NCBI GenBank assembly: GCA_003971905.1
Contig: RSEE01000049.1
Coordinates: 248,001-312,000 of the forward strand
Source of the DNA: Moniliella sp. 'wahieum'
Taxonomy: Eukaryota
DNA: 64,000 nt
Direction: 5' to 3'
Position 1 is the stretch's first letter. Each line of letters opens with the position of its first letter. The notes below the pieces were generated by a model. That model had not been told where the DNA came from, ran no database searches, and saw only the letters and a list, made by a program, of their open reading frames with translations. The position numbers and the translations under genes are program-made. Shown here one piece after another: positions 11,754 to 23,299 of the stretch.

Positions 11754-13825
11754 ATGACCCCATCTACGCACGATCGTGTCCCCCTCGGGTGGTCCGAAGT
11801 CCAGGCGTTGGGAGATATGGCGCGGGCCGGGCTGTGTCGGAGCTGCTAGCCCATTGGCCTTGCTGGACCCAGCGGAGCGGCGATCCACCGCTGTGGGGGG
11901 ACGAGGTGGAACAAATGGTGGTCCTTCTGGATGCTGACAGGCGAAGGGCCCCACTCAGTATGGCCCAGGACCGGGTATTGACTGCCCTCGCCACCCAATC
12001 CAACTCACCCACTGCCGGCATTGACTTTCCCAGCTTCCAGCCCGAGTACGCCGGTACATGATCGAGTCGTGCCCAGGTCAACCTTACGACGCGTCTCCTG
12101 CCGGGCTGTGCCAAGTGGAGGCCAGTATGCAAGGCCGCAGGAAGCTGATCCAATCCTGCCTGGGCCCCAGGGAGAAGACTATGACGCTCGCCACCTACCC
12201 TCTCCTGGGCATGTTGGGTTCTCACCGCGACGGCCAGTGCACCGAACATGTCGCATTCGCTGGGCTGGAAGGCGCGTCTCTTTTTGGTCCATTTTGGAGA
12301 GCTCTCTTCTTCCCGACGAGATTATCAGCCCCTTTCACCGCTACCGCACTTTGACGGCCAATGGACGCAAACTCAAGGGCAGCAAGCCCGCCATCCATAT
12401 CCCGCTTTTCAAGGACAAAAGGACGCGTGCCAGCTGGCGTCCCCATCCGACGACGAAAACGGACCATCCTGCATATGGGAGACAGATTTACATGGACGCA
12501 TTGCCTTTGGCACAGGGTGCTGTGGCCTGCAGGCAACCATCCAAGCTGAATCCCTCTCCCAAGCCCGCCAGATCCACGACCTCCTCGTCCCGCTTTCTCC
12601 CATTTGCTCGCTCTCACAGCCGCGTCCCCCGCATTTAGGGGCGCTTTGGCCGATGTGGATTCCCATTGGATGGTATTGGCTCAGGCATTGGATGACCGCC
12701 CCGAGGAGAACAACGGAACACACTTTTCTTCCAGCTGATGGATGAAGGAGGCCGGGAGCGTCATCTCAACGACACGGAGAAGAGCCGGTGGGGCATTCCG
12801 AGTATGTACCTGGCTCTGCCTCCGCACTTGGCGGCCACTCCCGGGTATGGGGATCCCCCGACGCTTCGCATTCACCAACAATCGTATGAGACGTTGGTGC
12901 AAAATGGGATGGAGCCGGTTTTGGCACGTCACTTTGCCAGCATTTTCCACACGATCCCCTGCTGTTGTACCCCCCGATGATCGAAACACGGAAGAAGGGG
13001 CACAGCAAGATGGCCCGACAGAGTATCTCGATCTCTTTCTAACTTCTATTTGGCCCGCCGTACGACTCAAGCCGCCCGTTTCGCATGATGGGCCCGGATG
13101 GCGAGTGGAGATGCGGTCGATGGAAATCCAGCTGACGGATTTTGAAAACGCAGCGTTTACCACTTTTGCTGTGCTCCTCGTCCAGGCTCTGTTAGAGTTG
13201 GGGCTGTCGTTGCACATGCCCCTTTCGTCTGTTGACTCCAACATGACCTGCGCTCAACAGCGCGGCGCCGGCAGCTCGATGCGCTACTTGTTCTCGACCC
13301 GCTTTGCTCAAGCACTTGGTGCACCTCCTTCGGACGACACATCGGGTGATGGCCTTTCGTCATTTAGCTTGCATGAGTTGATCAATGGTCAGGTATGTGG
13401 TGTGTTTTGTTGCATCCTGTTCCTTCGTTACTAGCCCCATCTTTTGACCACAGACAACTGGGTTTCAAGGACTGGTCCCTATGGTGCGCTCGTACCTCGC
13501 GCACCAACCAATGGAGGCGAGCCACGCGCGGCAACTGAATGAGTACTTGGACTTTATCAGCGACAGAGCCCGAGGGAAGTATGTCACTCTGGCCTCGTAT
13601 GTCCGCAACTACATTCTCCGCCACCCGGCTTACCGGTTGGACAGCCAGATCAGCCCCGAACTCGGATACGACTTGCTGGTGCACTTGGACCAGGTGGAGC
13701 AAGGCGTGGTCGCTGCTCCTACCCTACTGCCGCGCTCCTATGCCCCCTCGTGCTCGCCCGGCACGCTGCGAGCGTGCAACAACGGTACAAGTAAAACAGG
13801 ACTCGGATGCGAAGCTTTGATCTAA
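11754..13825 (+). CDS. Glutamate-cysteine ligase catalytic subunit-like protein (divergent Gsh1/GCLC paralog); multiple frameshifts
   Basis: Ordered GCL motifs across frames: PLGWSEV, LWGDEVEQ, FQPEYAG/MIESCPGQPY, IYMDA/FGTGCCGLQATIQA, ALTAASPAFRG.LADVD.HW, DDRPEE, KSRW, IWPAVRLKPP, GWRVEMRSMEIQLTDFENAAF, HPAYRLDSQIS. Intron 13393-13453; TATA-like TATATAA at ~11693. The start codon is inferred. Confidence 0.85.
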
Positions 13826-14481
13826 GTGTACCCTCTTATTGGACGGTGGTCTGTGTGGCCTTTTAGTGCCTCAGTCCTTACCTCCCTAGTAGTCCTCTTT
13901 GTCTTCTATTTTGTACTACCCTAGATATTCTATCGCCGTTTCCACGACTGTACGTTGTGCAGACGGCCCCTCTTGACTGATGTGACTGTACTATTACTTT
14001 TTGTTACTACCGGCGGTATTCCCCTATTCCTCCTATTACTACTAGTATATTATTTCTCGGCGAGATGGAGTATCGGTTTTTGGAGTCCTGGTAGTGCAAA
14101 GGAGAGGTCGGGGGATCTGGTCTATTGGGGTAGGGGGGCATAATAGCCGGTAGTAGGGAGGGGCTACCTTGTTTTTGTGAGGCCCACAAAGCCGAGGAAA
14201 TGATATCTCCCTTCTGTATATACGGCGGGTGTGGTACAGGTGCCGTCTGAGTCATTCGAGTCACGCTAGTACCGCGAGACAAAGGACTAATACTTGCTAC
14301 AGCAGCACAGAGGACATGGGTCATTCCGGTCATTAGATACGCGATTGCAAGCAATATTCGGGCAAAGCTGCGTGTGTTGCGTGCATGTCCATATCGCCGC
14401 CACGTCCCACCACGCCGTAACCATCGCCTGCCCAACCCTGCCTGCCCATCGCTCTTGGGGGGCATCTCGTCCTCTTACGCG

Positions 14482-15758
14482 ATGGATCATCCTGATTCAT
14501 CATCCCTTCCCCCATCCTCGCTTGTGCCGGACGTTGTGCTGGCCGCCTTTGGTCTCAGCCACCCGCCCGCCAATACCACCCGGACTGTCGTCCCGCTCAA
14601 TGGCGGACAAGGTACGAGTGTGCTGCTCGATGGCACGACCGTACTGAAGCCCCTCGGCCAGCAAGACAGCAAGGCGCTGGATCAGGCCGAGTCGGAGCTG
14701 ATTGCCCAGCTGTGCGCAGCTATGGCCTCGCGCGCCGAGCAGAGCAACACCTATCGAGTTGTCCGGCCCATCGCTCGCGTCCGTCCCGGCAAGGGGGAGA
14801 TGCAGTATGTGGCGCATGGATGGACTGCCACCACGTTTCTCCCCCACCTCGACGGGAGGGATATCTATGAGCTCCGTCCTTGGGTGCCCCAGTGGAAATG
14901 GAAGAGCAAGTACGAGGACGACTCGCAGAGATCGTTATAGCCTCTCGGGCCTTCCATGCTGATGTCCGCCAATGGGGCATCCACCCCCCCCACTCCCTTC
15001 CCCCCCACTGGTGGTGCACGTGCCTTTCCCACACTCGCCGCTTCATTGATGCCCGCGAACATGTCTGGGCTCAGACGATCGGTTCATCTGGGGAGGTACA
15101 ATGCTCACTACAATCTCCTACCCCAGCACGAAACCAGCGACTCAGACGACAGGCATAGCTGCAGCCGAAGCCCCTGGCGTTGGAATTGGCGTTGGCCGTG
15201 GATTATCAACAGACAGCCATAACCCCCCCATTTGGGTTTGGCTGGCGTCGCCGCCGAAGCACTTCGGGTGCGGGTCGATTCCTCGCTTCAACCTGCCTAT
15301 ACACTGCTACACACTTACTCGCGTCTCCAGCGCCCGCTTGACCCTCGTTCGGTTGAGCAACGTTCTCAGCTCATTCATGGCGATTTGGCCGGAAACGTGT
15401 TGTTTTCTTCGGGTCAAGCCATGTCGCCCCAATCACCATGCCGCCTCCGCCACCTACGGTGTTGGACGTCTCGCCTTACTGGCGCCCGCGCGAAGCGGCT
15501 GAGGGCATACTTGCCGCTGACTTTCTCGTGTACTTTGGCGCTGATGCATCCCACCTTTCTTCGGCGTTGAGCGCCTCCTCCTCCGACCACCTGGATCCGT
15601 TGCAAGTCCAAATGATCATCAAGGGTCTCCTGTTTCGTTTGCTCTCCAATTCAGCCCTTCGACCCGATCCAGGACTGCATCAACACTACACCCACGCTAC
15701 CAACGTAGCTGCTTTCCTCCTGGACAAAGCTGAGGCCTCCACTGGTAGCTCGAACTGA
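14482..15758 (+). CDS. Aminoglycoside-phosphotransferase-like kinase (resembles actinobacterial TIGR02569 family); frameshifted
   Basis: N-lobe VPDVVLAAFGL...PLNGGQGTSVLLDGTTVLKP, then YRVVRPI...YVAHGWTA, ASRAFHAD, Brenner-type QLIHGDLAGNVLF and PPTVLDVSPYWRP. No intron signals seen. Confidence 0.75.
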
Positions 15759-16210
15759 TCATACCTACCACCCCAACTCGTTCGATCGTCCTGGTTTCTC
15801 CGTTATTTGGTCGCTCAAGCTTCAAGTCAAGACGCTCAAAGCGCTAAGGGTCGTGTTAATCACTTTGCATTCAATGCCATCCATCGTGGGTGGTGGTCCA
15901 TCCGGTTTCATGCGGTTTTACTGAAGAAAAGTTGGCCCTGTCCTGTTTGTTCCCACTAGCCTCATTGCGCTCATTGCTGTTTCCTCAGGACTTAAATGAG
16001 GAAACCTTGAGGCTAGTAAAATCCCACATTCATTTTGTAGAAGGAAGGCTTGCATCTGGTGTGCGGTCCAATCACCTTACATGTTCATCAGCGTCCGACT
16101 AGCGAGGGCAATCTCTACATCGACGTTGATCATCACCAGATGAGCAGCGTGCAGTGGGAAGGCAAGAGTTGGTGTTTGGTTTGGGATGCGATTGCTCGAT
16201 GGAGATGGGG

Positions 16211-17486
16211 TTAGAGAGCTGTCCGGGAGAGCTTCTGGAGCTGGTTGAGGAGTACGTCACCATCCTTAATGATCTGGTTGTACTGTGCGTTTTTCGAATC
16301 GGGCCGACGCGTCTCGATGACGCCGTGCACCTTGTCAATTACTGCCGGTAGGCGACCCGACGAAATGAACCTCGACAGTTCCCTGTCGATAAACTCATCC
16401 GTGACCCCAAATGCATCTGCCATGGATCGTAGCGTGACAGACCGGTAGGACTCGAGAAGTTGCGCATAGGCAATGATGCGCATCTCCCGCACGTAGTAGC
16501 GCGCATGGGCATTGAGCAGTCGTGAGGGAAGAAGATAGGTTTGCTCGATCTGGGCCAACGCTTCAAAGAAGGCCTTGTAGTTGCCATTGTACAGTGACTG
16601 AGTGTAGACCCTCAAATGCGGCAGCTCGTCAATCACCTGCAGCACCTCGGGCGCATTGAGAATCTTCTTCTTTAGCTCCGTCCGCGGCAAGGCAAGCATA
16701 TTGGCAATCACTGCCAGTGATACAAACGAATGGTAATCCAGTAGTTCGGTTGCGGTAAACGTAGAGAGCGCCTCGAGAAACAGCTCCCCACCTCGCTTAA
16801 AATCCCGAATAGAGAGGAGGTGGAGACCCTCGTATACCTTAAGCCGGTTGCGGCGGTCCCAGTCACCACCCTCTTCGACCACTTTTTGACCTCGGTAATT
16901 GATGATGTGACAAGGGAGGTGTTGCCAAAGAAGAAACCGATGCGGATGAGGCCGAGTGTCAAGTCGATCTTACTGCCTAGCCCAGCACCCTTTTCGATCG
17001 CCTCCTTAGTAGCAGCGATCGCCTTGTCCTACGGAAAAAGAGGCGAAGTTAGCACAAGGCGGGGAGAAAAAGGAAATGCACGCACTTGGTCCCCAATTTT
17101 GGCATAGTAGCTGGCTTTGTTCTTGAGCACTGCGCTGATTTCCATCTCGCCCTCCTCCTCAGTAGCCTTGGTAAGCTGTTGGTCAAGCTTGGCCAGCTCC
17201 TCCTTGTTGCGCTCCTCAAGCCGGGCCAGAAGATCTTGAGGCGTGGAGGCATGGTGGGTGCTGGTACTCCCAACAGGGGAGGGCAACTTCTTGCTGATGA
17301 GCGGGTCGGCAAGCAGGGCAGCGTAGTAAGGTGCCATCTCGTCGGCCTCAATTCCAGCCAGCAGTTCAGCAGCGGCGGCCGAAGGAGATGGTGTCGCCGC
17401 GCGCACCCCCCGTGGACCACGGTAAAGAGGAGGTGCTGCCAGTGCAGGTTGGGGATAGGTTGGATGCTCTCCTCGTCGGCAGACAT
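16211..17486 (-). CDS. RPN7: 26S proteasome lid subunit Rpn7
   Basis: GGDWDRRNRLKVYEG, STFTATELL, RYYVREMRIIAYAQLLESYRSVTL (PCI domain), IDKVHGVIETRRPDSKNAQY. Intron 17029-17085 (GTGCGT...GCTAAC...TAG). ATG in ccaccaccATG context; at least two indels. Confidence 0.95.
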
Positions 17487-17735
17487 GGTGGTGGCGATGG
17501 GGCGCCGCCCGTCGACTGGCATACCCGCCATGCCATACCTACCGCTGGACCGCAGCTAACACACGCGTCCTGGCCGCTGCCCCAGACCGCGCGGAATAGA
17601 TGGCAGGCGGAACGGCAGGCGCAGGCACAGCGCCAGTGTCGCTCCCCGTGACGCGGCCACTCGTTAAGCGTACAACAGCTCGGCCAGAGCGCTCCTCGTG
17701 CGTCTCTTGCGGCCTAGATCGTGATCCCCACCACC
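17487..17735. promoter_or_regulatory. Putative bidirectional promoter shared by RPN7 and RPN6
   Basis: Only 249 bp separate the two divergent start codons, and both have ccaccaccATG contexts. Confidence 0.6.
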
Positions 17736-19103
17736 ATGGCAACGCCTACACCCACCACCCGCCCTCCGTCGCTGCCGCCGAGACCGCGTTTGATGCTGGC
17801 GACCGTGCGGGCGGAGAGGCCCAGCTCAAGGCTGTGCTTGCCCAGCAGCCTCCCGCGGACAAGGCCGCTTCAGCCAAGGGTGAGGCCATCCTGCGCGAGC
17901 AGGAACTCTCGCTCTTCTTCGTCTCGGCCAGCTGTACCGCGACGAAGCCAACGTGGATGCCCTGGCAAGTGTCGTGCGCGACTCACATGCTGTTCTTGCT
18001 CACTTGGCCAAGGCCAAGACGGCAAAGCTGATCCGCCAGCTGATTGACCTCTTTGGGGACGTACCGGGTGATGCAGCCCGCGCCGCCCAGATTCGCATTA
18101 CCGAGGAGAATATTGAGTGGGCCAAGGAGGAAAAACGCATCTTCCTCAAACAAAGTCTTGAGACGAAGCTAATTGCCCTCTACTACGAGGCGAAAAATTA
18201 CCGCCAAGCCCTGCCCTGATAGAACAACTTCTCAAGGAACTCAAGAAGTTGGACGACAAGATGATCCTCACCGAGGTCCACCTGCTCGAATCCAAGGTAA
18301 ACTTTGCGATTGCCAATTTGCCCAAGGCCAAGACAGCCTTGACTTCTGCCCGTACCTCCGCCAACGCCATGTACACCCCGCCTTTGCTCCAGGCTCAACT
18401 GGACTTGCAGAGTGGTGTGCTACACGCCAAAGACAAGGATTACTCCACCGCACTGTACTCGTACTTTTTCGAAGCGCTGGAGGGCTTCTCTGGTCAGGAG
18501 GATCCACGCGCAGGATTGGCACTCAAGTACATGTTGCTGTGTAAAATCATGCTCAACCTGCCGGAGGATGTGGCGGCAATTATTCAAGGCAAGACGGCGC
18601 TTGTGGCCGAATCCAAAGCGGCCAAGGGTGCTAAGGCATGGGGCGCCAAAGGCGCGGCGGTAGAAAAGGCTACGGAGCGGGACGTGGAGGCCATGTCTGC
18701 CGTTGCCAAGGCGCATGAAGAACGGTCATTGGAGGCATTCGAAAAGGCATTGAAGGACTACCAAACTGAATTGTCCAACGACCCCATTATTCGCAACCAC
18801 TTGGCTGAGCTGTACGACACCTTGCTGGAACAAAACTTGCTGCGCGTGATTGAGCCTTACTCGCGAGTCGAGATTGCGTATGTGGCACAACGGGTGCGCC
18901 AACCCGAGCGGGAAGTGGAGCAAAAACTGTCGCAGATGATCCTGGACAAGACCTTCCATGGAATCTTGGACCAAGGCAATGGGTGTCTGGTTGTCTTCGA
19001 TGAGCCTCCACAGGACAAGATGTACGAGGCTGCGTTGCAGACTATCAAGCACGTTGGTGACGTGGTCGACTCGTTGGCTAAAAAGGCTAACAAGTTGGGG
19101 TGA
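17736..19103 (+). CDS. RPN6: 26S proteasome lid subunit Rpn6
   Basis: [112 protein letters not shown]. Several indels in the 5' half. Confidence 0.95.
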
Positions 19104-19427
19104 GCTTTTTTCTGGCTCCTGGCTTACTCTTAGCTTGCGTGGGGAAGCATTGGGGGGGGGGGCGATCTGCCCAAATGTAATCATTATACACGGTCATGCA
19201 CACCCACTTTGAAGTGCGAAGGGAGGCAAGGTATCTGACATTAAGACAGGAGATTCGGGATGGGGCGTGCAGCAAGAGACAGCAGGAGATGCTTGGAAGG
19301 AGAGGCGATGTAGACGTGTGAGTTTTAAGGTGGTCAACGGGGCCAAGGGCCCAGATAAAGCAAAAGTCCAAATGGAACGAGGGGGGTTGGTGCGGAGAGG
19401 TGGAACGAGAGGAACAGAGAGTTGAGA

Positions 19428-21073
19428 CTAGACGACGGCTGTCACGAGTGTCCTAGAAGAGTGACGACGATGGGAATGCGCGCGTCCTGCCACGAGAGAG
19501 GTTGCCGGCTCCGCATGTACACCCTCCCCAGCCAAGTCCTGGCCAGGGCTCATGTCAAGCGTGCGTGACCGTGGAGGGCGGGCATTCGAAGGATTCAAAC
19601 TGAAACCTGAGACATGCGATCGGGAAATGGAGGCTGCTCCGGCAGCACGGGAGGTGGAGGTGGAAGAGGGTCCACGTGCCTCGGTCGAAGGATGCTGGTC
19701 TAACCCTTGACGCCTTGGTGGAAGGGATCGGCACTTGAGCGGATGGTCTGACTCGTCACAGAGATGGCGTGCATCTCCATCAAGATGCCCAACAGGTTGA
19801 TCAGACGAAGACGAGCGGGAAAACTTGACCAACTGCACTTCCTCGTCCACCTCAAGAGCACAGGGGGGCCTGTTCCCCTCTTCGCGATGATCTGGGGACA
19901 AAAGGGCAATGTATCCCCTGGACCAGTGAACTGGTGCGCCCCAACCAAACAGCCGGTCCACCCCACGCGTGGTAGCGTCAAGGATATGCGCACGGTCGAG
20001 GGGCCGGAGAGCAAGGTGGGCAAAGAACGAGAAGAAAAGGATAGCCATCCCAGCGCCCGCAATCAAGTCAACGGCAAAGTGATGATGGAAGTACATTGTG
20101 GACCAGCACATGAGAGCAAAGTACACCACCATAAAGGCAGATCCTGCTGCCCCTCCGTACCGCGCAACAAATAGCGCACAACACGCTGCAGTTGCCGCGT
20201 GCAGGGAAGGAATCGCACCAAAGACGACAGGCCCGCGGCGGAATCCGTCAGAGTACAAATGGGTCCCAAGTACCTCGTCCACTCGTACCAGTCCAGCGGC
20301 GTTTCCGGGGAAGGCGTAGTTGGGGACTGTACCGGCGGGATAGACGTCATGGAACCACGGGGCAGCATGAGGGTTGAGAATGTGAAGGACCAATCCCGAC
20401 AAGTTTTGAAGACCAAGGCACCAACCAAACACGTTGGCCGCGCCTGGTGCACCAAAGAACCAAATCCACCACCCAGCCAAGAAGGGGGAGGCAAAGTGAA
20501 GCACACCATAAAAAATCCAGGCGAGAACGTCCTGGAAAGGCGAAGGGTCGAGGCCAATAGCTAGATCGTTGAGAATGCGGAGGGTAGGTGGGAACATGAT
20601 CAGGACAGTTGGGTAGAAGACGGCTTCATGGGGCTTTCGGCGTGCATAGCGGATCCAGACGAGGAGTGCGAGCGGGGCCATGAGTACCATGGAGAGGAAG
20701 ACGCCCAAGGGCGAAAGAAGAAAGGTCTCGAGCACGGGCAAGACAGTGGTGTGGATGGGGGGCGGATGTGGTCGGGAATGCGGCGGGCCTGCTTAAAGGC
20801 GAGCGTCCAGACCAGCGGAGGCGCCATGCCAAAGAGGAGACCGGCCAGCCAGCGGAGCGGGTGCTTGGAGTTGAGCAGCACGCGGCTGCAGTGTCGCACG
20901 AGGCGGCGGAGGGGTGGAACACAGGTGCTGAGGAGCAGGATGGCGGCCAGCACGGCGGCGATGGGCAGCACAATGCGGCTCCAGATGGGCAGATCGGCGG
21001 CGGCGACACGCTCGAGCACGGCGCTGCGGTGCGTGGCGCGCAAGTGCGACAGCACCTCGCGTGGCGACGACAT
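19428..21073 (-). CDS. Aur1/Ipt1-family inositol-phosphoryl transferase (PAP2-like), core Ipt1-like
   Basis: RPP/IHTTVLPVLET (frameshift ~20755), DVLAWIFYGVLHF, LGLQNLSG, APWF, AAGLVRVDEVLGTHL, VFGAIPSLH, STMYFHHHFAVDL (catalytic H...H..D); several hydrophobic segments. Confidence 0.88.
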
Positions 21074-21224
21074 GGACGGTGGTGGTGGTGGCGGCGGCGG
21101 GGTGCGATGGTCCTGGCGCCCAGAGTCGCTCCCGGCAAAGGGCGGGTCTGGACCGGCGAGCTCTACCGCCCCGTCCTGGGCACGTGACAAGTAGCGACAA
21201 AGCCCCCAGGCTGAAATCTTTCTA

Positions 21225-21280
21225 AGATCTAAGATCTACGAAGCGTGCGCGCTGGCGACGCGTGACGCGTGACGCGTGAC
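21225..21280. repeat. Palindromic heptamer arrays (AGATCT-A)x2 and (ACGCGT-G)x3
   Basis: AGATCT at 21225 and 21232; ACGCGT at 21258, 21265 and 21272. Confidence 0.85.
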
Positions 21281-21571
21281 GGCGGGGCAGCTGTGTGATT
21301 AATGATTGAGCTGCCCCGCCGATGCAATTTCAAACGCAGCCCTCCGCTCTGTCCAATCCAGATGGCAAGCAAACTTCGCTGCTCTCTCCCCAACTAGCAA
21401 CTCCCACGACGATCGCCATTGGCCATCCATTTCGCCCCGTCCCATCGTCCCCGCCATATTACAGCCCGGCTCATCCCATTTTCTCTCTGTACCCGCATTG
21501 TTGCCGAACCGGGGTCCGCGCCCTGCCAGCGCAGTGAGCCAGTGCGCCCCCTCCATCTCTATTCTCAGCTG

Positions 21572-22288
21572 CTTCCATATTTATTGACAAAGCTTCAGGC
21601 TGGGACAGAGAACGCTACGCCTAAACCGACCCGTTCATCTTGCGTGTGCTGCTTGCTAGCACCAACCCCGCTTAAGGAACCAGGGAATCGCCAGGAGATC
21701 AGGACCCTCTGGTGCCCGCCATCCGTTCCCATACCCGAGGTAGCGCGTGTGGATACGGATGAACGTGGTAGACATCCGAGCGAGGAGATCCATTTTCGTT
21801 GAGAGTCAGTAGTCAAGTCCTTCCAGTGCCCAAGCATCTTGCCCACTGTCTTCGTGCCATAGTATCCTCGCGTCGTCAAAACCGGGGGGGGAAACGGCTC
21901 TTGGGTGCGTCCCTGGTACTTGGCATTCTTGTCGCATTCTGCTTGTTCCAGAAGCCGAAGCAGCTCCTTCTCCCACCGGCGTTTCAAAGGCGTCGCGGTG
22001 CTCTCATGCACCATTCTCCGTTACGCGCTCTGCGCCTCCTGTGAACCCGTGTGGCGCAGCGTGTGGTCCACCTCCTTTCCTCCTAACCCTTCGATTGCTC
22101 TAGGCCCCACCACGCGGTAGTCGGTGCGCTGGGCCCGCGCCTCGTCACATCCTCTTCCTCCACAGTAGGTTCGTTGTGGACGTGGGTGTCGGGGGAATGG
22201 AGCGCACGAGCTGGAGAATGGGCTCCCGTACTGCCTCATGCAACGCACCAAACTTGGCCTACTGGGTGCGGGTGCAAGCCATGATGGC
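21572..22288 (-). mobile_element. 5'-truncated relic of a CRE/RLE-type non-LTR retrotransposon (3' end)
   Basis: Degenerate minus-strand translation: MAC...LHEAVR, RTDYRVVG...EVDHT (RLE-like R.D...D motif), AECDKNAKY...PFPPPVLTTRG...HW. AATAAA near the 3' end. A second diverged copy lies at 39028-39435. Confidence 0.65.
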
Positions 22289-22319
22289 TGACCGGGGCGT
22301 AGGCCCGGTGGTCCTCTAG
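22287..22319 (+). mobile_element. Helitron-type 3' terminus
   Basis: GC-rich hairpin ACCGGGGCGTAGGCCCGGT, a 6-nt spacer, then CTAG|T. Nearly identical to the terminus at 45713-45745 on the opposite strand. Confidence 0.6.
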
Positions 22320-23299
22320 TAGTATGTCATAGTCAACACAGAGGAGACAAACAATAAAACGCCGCTCGACGGATATACTGCCATGGCCGTATACTGAGCT
22401 CATATATGCCACGCAAATCTATAACCGACGGTGCGCGGATCGCTGAAAGGGAGAAGCCACAGGACGCAGTCGAGGATCGATTTGACACAGCCGGCACCTC
22501 GGCCTGTCAAATCCTCTCTCCTATCTTCTCAACACTATGATCTGCAGCCAATGCTTCCCTCTTGACAATTGCGAATGCCGATAAGTCCGTACTTCGGCTC
22601 CAGATAGAATTTTCCTCCAGTTTCTTTGATTCCAAGGGTCAGTGTGTCTTTTCACATGCTACCTTTTACTCCCCCCCTCTCCATCCCCGGAAGAGAGGTT
22701 ACTCGTGTCATCATATCTGAGTCCCGATCACGGTCTCCATTGGACTCCCAGAGCCACAGTATCATCGACTTTTGTTGGCATTAGTCTCTCCCATCGTCCA
22801 TACGTGCTTCTACAGAAAATGTGCATATTTGGCCTTAAAAAGGCGTTCAGTCCTATCTTAGTTTCCCGACGTATGTTATCTATAGGCGCGAGATGCTCTC
22901 CTATGGCCCTTCCACATCAAGCTCTTCATCGCCCCCTCTCCCCATTGACACCGTCAGCTGCTTTCTCTTCAGCTGCTCGCACCCCTTTGCAGCGCTTTTT
23001 CCCTGGTGGAGGAGCACCCTAAACAGTATGTCAGCGTGAAAAGGGGATCACATGTAACGTACCACGGTGTACGGACCAGGATATCGAGGGATGGGACATT
23101 GATGGAACCCGCAGCTTTCTTATATAGGATCACAGGAATGGAGCCAGGTGGACCACACCTTTTGCGGCATTGGGGAACAAAGCATTCGGGCACAAAGGAG
23201 TGAGGCGATGATTATGTACCGAAGAAGGTGGTACACAAGATAACGATAACCGCCACACATCGGGATCATCATGAGAAGGAGCCGCTTCGACCGTTGGAA

